Part shown: in pieces, positions 36,747-47,218 of the stretch
Position numbering within the stretch: the first letter of the stretch is position 1
How the letters are laid out: each line of letters begins with the position of its first letter
Virus record (IMG/VR): IMGVR_UViG_2883526296_000003
Span: 5,997-69,996 of that record
Direction: 5' to 3' (one strand)
Source of the DNA: a virus
Lineage: Duplodnaviria > Caudoviricetes
Length of the DNA stretch: 64,000 bases
Program-made: the position numbers and the translations under genes
The notes under the pieces: model-generated
What the model saw: only the letters and a program-made list of their open reading frames with translations
Told to the model about the DNA's origin: nothing
The model's database searches: none

Positions 36747-39368
36747 GTGGCGAAAAGTAATTTTATAGTAAGAGGCGGAGCTGACTTCTCTGGCATTAAG
36801 AAGGGCCTAGATCAGACCCAGAAGTGGCTAGCTAGTTTTCAGAGCAATATCAGTAGATCATTGAAAGTCGCGGGAACTGGCATTAAGAAGGGCCTAGATC
36901 AGACCCAGAAGCGGCTAGCTAGTTTTCAGAGCAATATCAGTAGATCATTGAAAGTTGCGGGAGCTGTCTTGGGCGGCCTAGCAGTTGGTAAACTTGTTAA
37001 AGATTCTACGGCTATGGCCATGGGCGTTGAAAGTGCTATTGACAATATTGGCCGAAATATGGGCAGCTCCTCTGCCGCCTTTAATAAATGGGCGGAAACC
37101 CAATCAAAAGCTTTTGGAATGGCGAAGGCCGATGCTTACAAATACGGCTCCACCTTTTCCAACCTCCTCAGCAGTTTTTCGGGAAGCACAAAGCAAACAG
37201 CTGATAGCACTCAGGAGCTGATGAAGGCTGCCGCTGTCATATCAAGTAAAACAGGTAGAAGCTATGAAGACACGGCTGAAAGAATCCGATCTGGTATGCT
37301 GGGATCCACCGAGGCGATTGAGGACTTAGGTGTTTACACGAATGTTTCTATGATTGAGAGTACAGATGCCTTTAAAAAGTTTGCAAACGGTAAGTCTTGG
37401 GCACAGCTTGATTTCCAGGTGCAACAGCAGATAAGACTTGCGGCGATACTAGAGCAGACCTATGCTCGTTACGGAGATACCCTGGCTGATACCACACAGA
37501 CCAGGCAAGCCATGTTTATTGCGAGCCTGAAGAATATCCAGCTGAATCTCGGACAGGCTTTTTTGCCTATATATAATGCCGTGCTACCGGTACTAACAGC
37601 ACTTTCGAATAAGATAGAGGCGGTGACTTCTAAACTCAAATACTTCACCCAAGCGATTTTCGGAAAAGCTGTAGCAGGGCCAGTAGCTAAAACGGAAGAA
37701 CAGGCTGCCGCAATCGCTGGAGTAGGAGATGCAGCAGAAACCGCAGGAAAAAAGGCAGCGGCAGCAGGAAAAAAGGCAAAAGGTTCTGTTGCTGGATTTG
37801 ATGAAATCAACTCCCTTGCTGATCCATCCGATTCGTCCGGAAGCGGAGAGAGTTCCTCTGGGGCCGCCATCGCAGAACCGGTTACTGATATTGAGGTGGG
37901 GGAAGACACAAGTGTAAGCTCAGACTTTGAAAGTGCGATTTCTGCCATGAAGAACCGAATAGGGGAAATCAAATCGTATATTGATACATATTTGGCGCCG
38001 CCATTTCAGGAAGCGATAGAGTTGATAAAGCCCAAAATTGGAGAATTTCAATCTATTTTAGCAGGAGTATGGGCCGACATAGGAGCCCATGGTGCTCCGT
38101 TAAAGAACTGGTTCATGTCAGACTTTACACCTTTTTTACAAAACGTAATTAAGTCGATGGGCATTGTTGTTTCTGGACTTTTTGACAGTTTTAATATGGT
38201 CTTTTCGGACATTTGGAAACGTGCGGTATATCCCACTTTAACCAACTTTATATCTGTTGGATTGCCAGTGCTTACAGACTTCTTAAATAAAGCTGTAAGT
38301 CTCTTTACAGTCCTATTTGAAGAAGTAAAGAAAATCTTTGATATGATATGGTCTGAGGCGGTTGCTCCGGCGTTAAGTCTTGTAACTAAAATCTGGATTG
38401 ATACGGTCAATGTTATTGCAGCGACCTGGAATGAATATGGAAACCCAATCTTTGAAGGAATAAAAACAGCGTTTACACTAGTAGGAGAACTACTCAGGAC
38501 TGTATGGGAAACCACTTTGAAACCGGTATTCGATACATTCATGGAAACGGTAGATTGGCTCTGGAGCAAACACCTCAAACCGCTGCTCAGTAATGTTACG
38601 AGTTTGGTGGCTGAATTTATTGTCTGTGCCCTAAAAATAATCAATGAATTTATTCTGCCGCTTGTAAAAGAGTTTGTGGAGAGATTTGGTCCGCCGATAG
38701 CTGTAGTATTTGGCACAATAGTAAGCGTACTAGGTACTTTTCTTGCCGTTGCCGCTGACGTGATTGGCGCTGTAATTACGGTGCTTAAAGGCCTTATCCA
38801 ATTTATCACGGGTGTCCTTACAGGAGACTGGTCCAAGGCATGGGAAGGGATAGTAAACATATTCAAGGGAATCTTTGAAGGAATTGGCGGTATTGTACAC
38901 GGCGTGGTGAACATCGTTATTGATCTCATTAATGGGATGATACAAGCTGTAACCGTCGGGCTAAACTACGTCATTGATAAACTGAACTCGATCCAGATAT
39001 CTATTCCAGATTGGGTTCCGGATATTGGCGGCAGAACCTTTGGAATTAATATAGATAAAATCACAGCCCCAACAATCCCTAAACTTGCAAAAGGCGGCAT
39101 TACAAATGGCCCGACATTGGCTATGATTGGAGACAATCCTGGAGGTCGGGAAGTTGTTTCTCCTCTTGACGATCTTACAAACATGATAGCCAGTGCTGTG
39201 GGCAGTGCCATGATGGGGGCGATGCAGTTTTCCGGAGCCGAACCTGAAAGAGGAGACGGGGATATTATCATAAACCTTAATGACCGAGAATTGGCCAGGG
39301 CCTCTTTAAAATCGCTGAACAAAGAAGCTACACTACTTGGATATAAACCGATTCTACAGACCATATAA
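36747..39368 (+). CDS. tail tape measure protein
   Basis: 873 aa, helical Trp-periodic repeats, C-terminal IPKLAKGGIT.GPTLAMIGDN. Confidence 0.9.
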   Translation: MAKSNFIVRGGADFSGIKKGLDQTQKWLASFQSNISRSLKVAGTGIKKGLDQTQKRLASFQSNISRSLKVAGAVLGGLAVGKLVKDSTAMAMGVESAIDNIGRNMGSSSAAFNKWAETQSKAFGMAKADAYKYGSTFSNLLSSFSGSTKQTADSTQELMKAAAVISSKTGRSYEDTAERIRSGMLGSTEAIEDLGVYTNVSMIESTDAFKKFANGKSWAQLDFQVQQQIRLAAILEQTYARYGDTLADTTQTRQAMFIASLKNIQLNLGQAFLPIYNAVLPVLTALSNKIEAVTSKLKYFTQAIFGKAVAGPVAKTEEQAAAIAGVGDAAETAGKKAAAAGKKAKGSVAGFDEINSLADPSDSSGSGESSSGAAIAEPVTDIEVGEDTSVSSDFESAISAMKNRIGEIKSYIDTYLAPPFQEAIELIKPKIGEFQSILAGVWADIGAHGAPLKNWFMSDFTPFLQNVIKSMGIVVSGLFDSFNMVFSDIWKRAVYPTLTNFISVGLPVLTDFLNKAVSLFTVLFEEVKKIFDMIWSEAVAPALSLVTKIWIDTVNVIAATWNEYGNPIFEGIKTAFTLVGELLRTVWETTLKPVFDTFMETVDWLWSKHLKPLLSNVTSLVAEFIVCALKIINEFILPLVKEFVERFGPPIAVVFGTIVSVLGTFLAVAADVIGAVITVLKGLIQFITGVLTGDWSKAWEGIVNIFKGIFEGIGGIVHGVVNIVIDLINGMIQAVTVGLNYVIDKLNSIQISIPDWVPDIGGRTFGINIDKITAPTIPKLAKGGITNGPTLAMIGDNPGGREVVSPLDDLTNMIASAVGSAMMGAMQFSGAEPERGDGDIIINLNDRELARASLKSLNKEATLLGYKPILQTI
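36790..36962 (+). repeat. 87-bp tandem duplication in tape measure gene
   Basis: GIKKGLDQTQK(W/R)LASFQSNISRSLKVAG twice, copies at 36790 and 36877. Confidence 0.95.
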
Positions 39369-39380
39369 GGAGGGGAGAAA

Positions 39381-39725
39381 ATGTTAAAAATAAAAGGAAT
39401 AGATATGCCAACTCCTTCCGAGCTGAAGGTTGGTATTCAAGACCTTTCTAAGGCAGAAAGAGCCGCTAATGGGCAGATGTTTATTGAGCGGGTTGCCACC
39501 AAACGAAAACTGGAGCCGACCTGGCAGTATCTATCTAATGACGATCTAAGTAGGTTATTTCAAGCCGTTTCGGGTGTGTTTTTTCAGGTAGAATACATAG
39601 ACCCTCAGGATAATGCAAAAAAGACGGGAACCTTTTATGCAGGAGACCGAAAGGCCGGGGCGTTGGATTATCGCAACGGTGTTATACGATATAAAGATAT
39701 TTCCGTAAGCCTGGTGGAGAGGTGA
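39381..39725 (+). CDS. distal tail (Dit-like) protein
   Basis: follows TMP; R.ANGQM...VATKRKLE..W, TFYAGDR. Confidence 0.7.
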   Translation: MLKIKGIDMPTPSELKVGIQDLSKAERAANGQMFIERVATKRKLEPTWQYLSNDDLSRLFQAVSGVFFQVEYIDPQDNAKKTGTFYAGDRKAGALDYRNGVIRYKDISVSLVER

Positions 39726-39729
39726 TTAC

Positions 39730-41268
39730 ATGCAGTCATTAAGTCAAAACCCATACAGCCCCGAAAGATGGTCAAATATCAAGGTTAGCTTTGAGCTGGT
39801 TGACGTTGATGCGGCGGAGAATGCAGCCGCTTCCGTCACGAGTGAAGCGGCAATATCGGAGCTTGCGCAGACCCATGATCGAGTAGATGGTATGGACAAA
39901 AGGCTAGCATCACTTGAACATAATTACTTCGTCCTGGATGGTTCGTATATTCTACCTGATGAAAGGGATAACGGACAGGTTGGATGGTGGAGCGGAGAAA
40001 TGTCAGAAGCTGATGGCACTTTCACTAACCCACAAGTATTGGAATTTAATTTTACTTCGGGCCAATCCTCCATCGGTTTTACCATAGTGTTCGATGATAA
40101 GGCATATCAGTACGCATCAGATTTTTCCGTAGAAGCTTACGACGGCGACGGCGTGCTCCTGGGTGAGGACGTTGTAGCAGGAAACAACCAGACTGTGTAT
40201 ATTTCTGATACTCCGGTAGATGGATACAGAAAAGTTAAGCTTACCTTCTTAAAAACCCCTATTCCATATCGCCGAGTACGAATCGCAGAAGTGGTCTTTG
40301 GTATAGTGCAGATGTTTGACGACACCAATACAACGGAGCTGAATCTTCTGTATGAGATTTCTCCGTGGATGGAGAATATCCCAACTAATGAACTTTCTAT
40401 AACTGTAGAAAACCTTGATCGGCGCTACAACATGATTAACCCTCAGGGAATCTATAAGTATCTGCAAGAGGGTCAAGCACTGGATATCGCAATAGGTGTC
40501 GGTGAGACCCAGTATTCAATTGAACAGGTCAACATGGGGAGAGTTTACTATACCTCCTCCAGTGCCGAAGATAAATCTATGACGGCAAAGCTATTGGCCC
40601 ACGACTGGTTCTATTTCATGGAGGGTATCTGTCGAATTGGAACTACCGGGACCTGGGTAGTTGCTGAGGCGGTTGCGGCGGTAATTGTAGATAGCGAACT
40701 GCCAATTATGACTAATATTCCAGCCCCCGTGGGAGCAAGAATCATAGGCAGGTGCATCCCACCTGATGTCACGCATAAAGAGGCTATTCGGCTAATTGCC
40801 CAGGCAGCTGGAGCGGTCTGCTTTTTCAATCGAGAGGATGAACTGGAATTTGTAGAGCTCGCACTAAGTACTACAGCGGATACCTTAGATAATAGCAAGC
40901 TTACCGAGCCCGCCAAGGTGTCGGTAGCGGACCGTATAAACAAGGTGGAGGTTACTTCTCGGGATGAATACGCTGATATAGAGGCGATTTACACCGCCTC
41001 AAACAAGGAGGCGGGGGAAGTGGACAAAGTACAGACTGTCAACAATCCGCTTGTAATTAGTTCCGATACGGCAGAATGGATTTTGGACGTTTTACAGAAG
41101 CGAATTACTTACAGCCTTCCAGAGAGGGGCAACCCGGCTCGGGAGGTAGGAGATACCGTCAAGATTTATGATGCTTATAACGAGAATCGAAATGCCATTA
41201 CAACCCAAGAAGAATTTTGGTATAGTGGGTACTTAAAGGCCAACACAGAAGCATGGGAGGGGATGTGA
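39730..41268 (+). CDS. tail tip / baseplate hub protein
   Basis: position, 512 aa, C-terminal RGNPAREVGDTV. Confidence 0.65.
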   Translation: MQSLSQNPYSPERWSNIKVSFELVDVDAAENAAASVTSEAAISELAQTHDRVDGMDKRLASLEHNYFVLDGSYILPDERDNGQVGWWSGEMSEADGTFTNPQVLEFNFTSGQSSIGFTIVFDDKAYQYASDFSVEAYDGDGVLLGEDVVAGNNQTVYISDTPVDGYRKVKLTFLKTPIPYRRVRIAEVVFGIVQMFDDTNTTELNLLYEISPWMENIPTNELSITVENLDRRYNMINPQGIYKYLQEGQALDIAIGVGETQYSIEQVNMGRVYYTSSSAEDKSMTAKLLAHDWFYFMEGICRIGTTGTWVVAEAVAAVIVDSELPIMTNIPAPVGARIIGRCIPPDVTHKEAIRLIAQAAGAVCFFNREDELEFVELALSTTADTLDNSKLTEPAKVSVADRINKVEVTSRDEYADIEAIYTASNKEAGEVDKVQTVNNPLVISSDTAEWILDVLQKRITYSLPERGNPAREVGDTVKIYDAYNENRNAITTQEEFWYSGYLKANTEAWEGM

Positions 41269-41699
41269 TGCCGCTGATACAACCAATTACAAATCGTACC
41301 TTGGCAGACGTCATCTATGCCGATGCCAGGCCGGACAATCAGGAAGCAAGCAAGGGAGCTCTAAATTATACGGACCTAAATCGCATTGAGAGCAACTGCG
41401 CCTATCTGGCCGGGCAGCTCAATACCTACGGGTATAGCATTGACATAACAGTCAAAACCGACTGGATTATGCAGGACTTTCCATACCAGGGGCAGATAGA
41501 CCGAATCCGGCACAATGTGGATGCCTTGCTCGACGCCCTTTATCGTCTGCCGGATAGCCCGCAAATTCGATACTGGAATAGCCTGGATTGGAATGATATA
41601 AATAGCTTAGAGCAGAACCTTAAAAATATAGATACATTGCTACAGCGCATGGCCGCTGTTTTTTTACGCTGCGGCGACGCTCATGGAGGTGACAGATAA
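41268..41699 (+). CDS. minor tail protein
   Basis: KGALNYTDLNRIE.N..YL motif. Confidence 0.6.
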   Translation: MPLIQPITNRTLADVIYADARPDNQEASKGALNYTDLNRIESNCAYLAGQLNTYGYSIDITVKTDWIMQDFPYQGQIDRIRHNVDALLDALYRLPDSPQIRYWNSLDWNDINSLEQNLKNIDTLLQRMAAVFLRCGDAHGGDR

Positions 41700-42890
41700 A
41701 TGAAAGACGGAATTATAAAGGGGGAAGGGACTAGTAGGCTCCTAAAGGCTCCGGCGACGATACCCACGACTTTTGCGGAGTTCCGGACCGCTTTAATCAA
41801 CGGGATGTTGCCGATAGACCTTTTATATAACGCTATCGGCTGGGACGTAGAAGGAACGGCTCTTAATAAGGCTAACCTGCTCACAGACACCGTGGCGGAC
41901 GCCCTTGGTCTGGAGAGCGATGAACCTACAGTAAACGAAGCCATAAACGCACTGCTGGCCGTGGCGACTTCGGCGCGAAACGGTCTCATGTCCGCTACAG
42001 ATAAGGTTAAACTGGATGGGGTGGAGGATGAGGCGAACAACTACAGCCATCCAACCAGTCCGGGCAATCGGCATATCCCGACTGGAGGCACGGTGGGACA
42101 GATACTGCAAAATACAGCGGGTGGTACGGCGACATGGCAGGATTTAGAAGCAGTAAAAACTAAGGTTTCTGAAGCTGTCCGCACTCTCTACGGCCTGACA
42201 GTGGGGGATGCCAATGTAGAGAAAGCACTTCAGGTCTCGATGAATCTGATAAATGTATTGAACAGCATTAGCTATAAGTACGAAACATTTACTTCTAACA
42301 GCGCGTTTACAGTACCTGCTGGGGTTACTAGCGTTTACCTAGTAGGCTGTGCTGCGGGCGCAGATGGCAATAGAGTGTCAAGAGCGTTAGCCGGGGAACC
42401 CTGTATGTTTGAAAAGTATACAGTAACCCCAGGACAGTCGATTCCCGTAACCGTAGGAGCCGGAAATACCGTATTTGGGGTACTTAGGACACTGCTTGCA
42501 GGTAGTCGTGATTTGAGCAGCAATATTTCATTTGGCTCGACCATCCTTGGACTGGATGGAGTTCGAGGCGTGGGGACTGAAGCCACACCTCCAGCAAAAC
42601 CAGTTGGGTTTGAAAATGTGGCGGCAGGCGGAATTTTTAAACTCAACTACCCCCATTTTTTTAGAGGCCTGGATTTCAAAATAGGAACGGCTTTGGGTGG
42701 GGCTGGAGGAACCTCTGTTGACAGATACCCTGGATACGGTGGAGTTTTTGGGATGGGAGGGAGTGTCGGAGGCTATAGTGGGTTTGGAGGTGCAAATGCA
42801 GGCGGCTTCGGTGCGGGAGGAGGAAGCGTATCGGCGGCAGGCTCAGCGACTGGCAAAGGCAGTCCGGGATTTTTGATAGTTTTATACTAA
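41700..42890 (+). CDS. tail fibre / receptor-binding protein with Gly-rich C-terminus
   Basis: GTALNKANLL, GLMSATDKVKLDG, FTVPAGVTSV, Gly-rich end GKGSPGFLIV. Confidence 0.75.
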   Translation: MKDGIIKGEGTSRLLKAPATIPTTFAEFRTALINGMLPIDLLYNAIGWDVEGTALNKANLLTDTVADALGLESDEPTVNEAINALLAVATSARNGLMSATDKVKLDGVEDEANNYSHPTSPGNRHIPTGGTVGQILQNTAGGTATWQDLEAVKTKVSEAVRTLYGLTVGDANVEKALQVSMNLINVLNSISYKYETFTSNSAFTVPAGVTSVYLVGCAAGADGNRVSRALAGEPCMFEKYTVTPGQSIPVTVGAGNTVFGVLRTLLAGSRDLSSNISFGSTILGLDGVRGVGTEATPPAKPVGFENVAAGGIFKLNYPHFFRGLDFKIGTALGGAGGTSVDRYPGYGGVFGMGGSVGGYSGFGGANAGGFGAGGGSVSAAGSATGKGSPGFLIVLY

Positions 42891-42901
42891 GGAGGAACAG
42901 C

Positions 42902-43285
42902 ATGTTTGCGCAAGTATTGAACCACAATCATATCGTATCGCTAATAGGTGGTGCAGAAATGGGCTTACCCATTAAAGATGAAAGGGTAAGCTGTATAGAC
43001 ATTGGGGAGAATCCACAAGGGGTACAAACGGGTATGCTTTACGACCCACAGCAAAAAAGTTTTAAATGGGACATTACCGAATTAAGCTTAGAAGAACGGC
43101 ATGATGCGCTATCTATCCAGTATATCCATGAAAAGTATAGCTATGACGACGAAAATAAGATTATGCGGGAATACCTATCTGACATGGAAAACGAAACGTA
43201 CAAGCAAGTGTTTGAGGCATACAATGCCTATGTGCTTAAATGCAAGCAAAAGGCCTATAAAGAAGTTTATGGAGAGGAAAAATAA
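42902..43285 (+). CDS. probable tail fibre assembly protein
   Basis: follows fibre gene; AGGAGG RBS. Confidence 0.5.
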   Translation: MFAQVLNHNHIVSLIGGAEMGLPIKDERVSCIDIGENPQGVQTGMLYDPQQKSFKWDITELSLEERHDALSIQYIHEKYSYDDENKIMREYLSDMENETYKQVFEAYNAYVLKCKQKAYKEVYGEEK

Positions 43286-43359
43286 TCAGTTAAAATCACG
43301 CAATGAAGCGTGTTTTTTTAATACATTTTTTAAGCCGAAAGGCAGAAAGAGAGGTCATT

Positions 43360-43593
43360 ATGACTAAGGAAGAAAGAGCAAAGCAGAAAGAGTTCACAAA
43401 GAAGTATGATGCAACTATCAGACAAATTGCGGTTGCAGAGAGCAAAGACATGAGTGTGGCTGAGGACATGCTTAAGTATGAGATCCGTGTGCGCCTAGGT
43501 ATGCAGAAGAGAGAAGACATCTACAAAGGCATTCCAGAAGTTTTCAACTGGAAGACGGCAGAAGCAGACTACATGGAACTGATCAAGAAGTAG
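43360..43593 (+). CDS. hypothetical protein
   Basis: GAGG RBS, 77 aa, followed by GC hairpin. Confidence 0.55.
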   Translation: MTKEERAKQKEFTKKYDATIRQIAVAESKDMSVAEDMLKYEIRVRLGMQKREDIYKGIPEVFNWKTAEADYMELIKK

Positions 43594-43738
43594 GAATGAT
43601 AGGGGCCTTCGGGCTCCCTGTTGTTAAAGTATAAATCTTAATTGTATAATAGAAAAATATGTAAAAACAGAATTGAAATAAATGTGGAAACATGAAACAA
43701 TATTGTTAAAATATACAATAAAGAAAGAAGGAAACAAT

Positions 43739-45100
43739 ATGAGACGATTTATAGCAATTTTAATGACATTGTGTATGGTACTAGGCATGTCGAGTGTGAG
43801 TGCTTGGGCGGCAGAAGCGGAAGGATGGCAGACTAAAATGATGATGCCCACATCTCCATATCGATTTGACACTTGTGTAGTAGGAGATCGCATTTTTGTT
43901 CTAAGTGGAGAAAAGAGTAATTTGGTTACAATTTATAACACTAAAACCGACACGTGGAAAATGGGAACTCCCATGCCTGAAATACCAGACTCCACTATGG
44001 CTGTTGCCGTAGGAAATAAAGTATATGCTATATGCAGGAATACTGCTCTTGGTGGCTTTATGCAAATATATGATCTATCTACAAATACATGGACAGTTGA
44101 GAAGAATATGTCTAACTTAAAAGAAGGTATGGGCGTGGCTGTTATTGGAGATAATTTATATATGCCTACTTGGAATTATTTAGATTCCACAACAAATATG
44201 TCAATATATGATACGGTATCAAAAACGTGGATAAGCAGTGAGAAAAAAACTCCTATAAAAACTGCCATGTATGCGGTGTGTACACAGGGGACAAACATTT
44301 ATTTGGTTGGGGGAAGTGATGATAGTCGTGCGTTGCAAGTGTACGATTCAACGGCAGATACATGGAAAGTTTTAAAAAGCATGCCAACGGCCAGGAAGTA
44401 TTTAACTGCTGTTGTGGTAGATAATAAAATTTATGCAATGGGGGGAGAGCTTAAAGGTGTTACTAATGTGGTGGAGGTTTATGATATAGGACAAGACAGT
44501 TGGAGTAAGGGGGTACCCATGCTTATAGAGAGACATAGTTTCTCGTCAGAAGCAGTTAATGGAAAGATTTATGCAATAGGGGGGAAGGGAACCTCTGGAA
44601 GTTTAAATTCAATAGAAGCTCTTCAAGTAGGAAACCCAGATAGTGAAACATCTAATAAATTATCCGTATTATTAAACACCACCGAAAACGTCCAGCTCAG
44701 CACAGCTTTTGACTTAGCCAACAACCAGAACTTCACCTGGTCGTCTACCAACGATGCTGTAGCCACAGTGGACAGTAATGGCAAAGTAACCGCTGTCAGT
44801 GCTGGCGATACAGATATTTATGCTGAGAACGCAGATGGCACTTTTAAGGAGTATATCCCTGTGAAAGTGGTAGAAGGAATTGCAGATGAATTACGTCTGG
44901 CGGTTCACTTAAAAGCGGGAGAGAAAGCAAAGCTATATCTGACAGACGACCCCAGTCTAGTAACCTGGAGTTCTATGGATGAAAGCATTGCGACAGTGTC
45001 TGCTGAGGGGCAAGTTACAGGTGTAAAGAAAGGTCTAGCTATCGTTAAAGCAGAGCTAGAGGGTGAGACTTATCAAATCTATGTACGTGTAAATGGATAA
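43739..45100 (+). CDS. secreted Kelch-repeat protein with two Ig-like (BIG2) domains (moron)
   Basis: signal peptide; repeats KIYAMGG/KIYAIGG..VEVYD...W; TWSSTNDAVATVDSNGKVTAV twice. Confidence 0.85.
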   Translation: MRRFIAILMTLCMVLGMSSVSAWAAEAEGWQTKMMMPTSPYRFDTCVVGDRIFVLSGEKSNLVTIYNTKTDTWKMGTPMPEIPDSTMAVAVGNKVYAICRNTALGGFMQIYDLSTNTWTVEKNMSNLKEGMGVAVIGDNLYMPTWNYLDSTTNMSIYDTVSKTWISSEKKTPIKTAMYAVCTQGTNIYLVGGSDDSRALQVYDSTADTWKVLKSMPTARKYLTAVVVDNKIYAMGGELKGVTNVVEVYDIGQDSWSKGVPMLIERHSFSSEAVNGKIYAIGGKGTSGSLNSIEALQVGNPDSETSNKLSVLLNTTENVQLSTAFDLANNQNFTWSSTNDAVATVDSNGKVTAVSAGDTDIYAENADGTFKEYIPVKVVEGIADELRLAVHLKAGEKAKLYLTDDPSLVTWSSMDESIATVSAEGQVTGVKKGLAIVKAELEGETYQIYVRVNG

Positions 45101-45235
45101 TTTATAAAACAGTCAGAGCCACGGAGCAATCCGTGGTTTTCTTGTATCCAGAATTTTTATTATAACTGAAAACCGGGCACGCGCATGCGTGTCTTTTTAT
45201 ATGCCTTTAAGCTAAAGGCGGAAAGGAAAAGAATT

Positions 45236-45817
45236 ATGCAGCTACAACATCTACCATATACCCCTCTGCGCATCACATCCGGATTCGGCCCGAGAAAGAC
45301 CAACATTGCCGGAGCATCTACCGACCATATGGGTGTGGACATAGGGACGGACAAAAGCAAGCCATACACGGCTACAGACGGCGGACCGGTGACGGCTGCT
45401 CTGCCCGGGACCGTAGTCAGCAGTTACTACAATAACTTGCGGGGTTGGGTGGTCCTCCTGGACCACGGCACCATAGAAGGCCAAAACATAAAAACCTTAT
45501 ACCAGCACCTAAAGCAAGCCGGAAGTGCCGTGGGAACAAAAGTAAAAGCTGGGGACCGTATCGGCACCATGGGCAACACCGGCGTGGGCGCCCAGCTCCA
45601 TTTGCACTTTGAGTTGCGGGTTAATAACACTTGCGTAGACCCAGAGCCGTATTTGAAAAACATCAAGGAGGTAAAAACCATGGAAAATATCACATTAGAT
45701 GAAGCGAAGAGAATTGTCAAAGAAAAAGCAGGTTTGGATGACAACACCATCCAGTACCTGCTTTTCTATAAGTACGGCGAAACGCTGGTGAAGAAGATTG
45801 CCGTAGCGGTGCAGTAG
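45236..45817 (+). CDS. endolysin, M23 peptidase
   Basis: ITSGFGPR, HMGVDIG, YQHL, GNTG...HLHFE. Confidence 0.9.
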   Translation: MQLQHLPYTPLRITSGFGPRKTNIAGASTDHMGVDIGTDKSKPYTATDGGPVTAALPGTVVSSYYNNLRGWVVLLDHGTIEGQNIKTLYQHLKQAGSAVGTKVKAGDRIGTMGNTGVGAQLHLHFELRVNNTCVDPEPYLKNIKEVKTMENITLDEAKRIVKEKAGLDDNTIQYLLFYKYGETLVKKIAVAVQ

Positions 45818-45826
45818 GGAGGCCAT

Positions 45827-46048
45827 ATGAGCACAGAATTTTGGACTGGGCTGCTCATCAGCCTGGTGTCTTACGGGGTAACCTTTGGGGCCTTTTACGG
45901 TACTGTTATGACAAAACTGAATGTCCTGGAAAAGAAGCAGGATATTCATAATGGGCTAATGGAACGGATGGTGGTAGTGGAGCAGTCCACGAAATCCGCT
46001 CATCATAGAATAGACGAATTTAAGGAGGAACATATCCATGAAAATTAA
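45827..46048 (+). CDS. XhlA-like small lysis protein
   Basis: N-terminal TM; LEKKQDIHN...VEQSTKSAHHRID. Confidence 0.7.
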   Translation: MSTEFWTGLLISLVSYGVTFGAFYGTVMTKLNVLEKKQDIHNGLMERMVVVEQSTKSAHHRIDEFKEEHIHEN

Positions 46049-46286
46049 CTGGAAATTGCGATTAAAAAATAAGACTACACTGTTGTCTCTGCTGGCATGC
46101 CTGGCAGCATTTATCTACCAGGTTCTGGGAATCTTGGGCATCACGGCGCCCATCTCAGAAGAGCAAGTGACACAGGTTTTCGGCCTGATTGTTAATCTGC
46201 TGGGGGCTATCGGTATCATGGTGGACCCGACCACCTCCGGGACTGGTGACAGCTCCAGGGCGCTGGAGTATAAAGAACCAAATTAA
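46038..46286 (+). CDS. holin (phi LC3 family)
   Basis: MKINWKLRLKNK...GIMVDPTTSG.GDS.RAL.Y.EP. Confidence 0.9.
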   Translation: MKINWKLRLKNKTTLLSLLACLAAFIYQVLGILGITAPISEEQVTQVFGLIVNLLGAIGIMVDPTTSGTGDSSRALEYKEPN

Positions 46287-46417
46287 AAAAAGTACATGTA
46301 GCCGCCTTAGTAGGACGGCTTTTTTATTTGTGTAATCGAGCCTTGTCGAAATAATTAACCGCATATAGTGTCAAATAGTGGTACAATATGGTAAAAGTAT
46401 ATTCTAAGGAGGAGATT

Positions 46418-47071
46418 ATGAAAAGGAAATTACTATCAACAATTTTGGCAATTGCAGTCTTTGCAGCTTCCGCTTCTATGGCCTTTGCCGGAAATATAGG
46501 AGTCAACATTAACGGCGTAAAAGTTGATTTTACCAATGACACTGGAGCTGCGTTTGTGGATAATGCAAATCGTACGCAGGTACCACTAAGGGTGACAATG
46601 GAGGGTTACGGATGCCAAGTAAGCTGGGATCAAGAAACTCAAACGGCCATAGTTACAAAGGACAGTAATAAAGTTGAGGTGCCTATTAACCAAAATTACA
46701 TCATAGTTAATGGGAACAAACAGGATATTGATACTGCCGCACAAGTTGTTAACAGCCGTACATATTTACCAATCAGAGCAGTATTAGAGGCTTTCGGAGC
46801 TAGCGTAAGCTGGGACCAGACTGCTCAGACGGTAGTTATAAAAACAAATACTGAAGGTACTGTACCTGCTACCCATGTTGAAAAAAACACCGCTACCCCA
46901 TCGGTAACACAAGCTGAGGCAGCCTATGTTGGCAATAACGGTACAAAAAAATATCATAAATTAGATTGTAGATATGTAAACAGCATCAAGGCAGAGAATG
47001 TAGCTTATTTTAAAACAAAGTTGGATGCAACTGCTGTTGGGTATGAGGCGTGCAAAGTTTGTAATCCGTGA
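46418..47071 (+). CDS. secreted copper-amine-oxidase-N (stalk) domain protein with Ada-like C-terminal metal-binding motif (moron)
   Basis: signal peptide; RTQVPLR/RTYLPIRAVLEAFGASVSWD; YVGN...KKYHKLDC...GYEACKVCNP. Confidence 0.8.
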   Translation: MKRKLLSTILAIAVFAASASMAFAGNIGVNINGVKVDFTNDTGAAFVDNANRTQVPLRVTMEGYGCQVSWDQETQTAIVTKDSNKVEVPINQNYIIVNGNKQDIDTAAQVVNSRTYLPIRAVLEAFGASVSWDQTAQTVVIKTNTEGTVPATHVEKNTATPSVTQAEAAYVGNNGTKKYHKLDCRYVNSIKAENVAYFKTKLDATAVGYEACKVCNP

Positions 47072-47186
47072 TTATTTGCATTTGAAAGTATCAAATTATT
47101 ATATTTAGCAATAATGTTCTTGAGTGATATAGAATGTTAGTTTATAATCGTGTTACAAACTGTGCAATCCTCATGCACTAAACTTC

Positions 47187-47216
47187 AAAAATACCGGGCA
47201 TTAAACCCGGTATTTT
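47187..47216. terminator. bidirectional terminator at the right prophage end
   Basis: AAAATACCGGG-cattaaa-CCCGGTATTTT. Confidence 0.75.
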
Positions 47217-47218
47217 GT

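Noticed and set aside
37469-39364. Long antisense ORFs (167, 293 and 132 aa) inside the tape measure gene, and similar shadow ORFs elsewhere
   Set aside because: Reverse-frame shadows of well-supported genes
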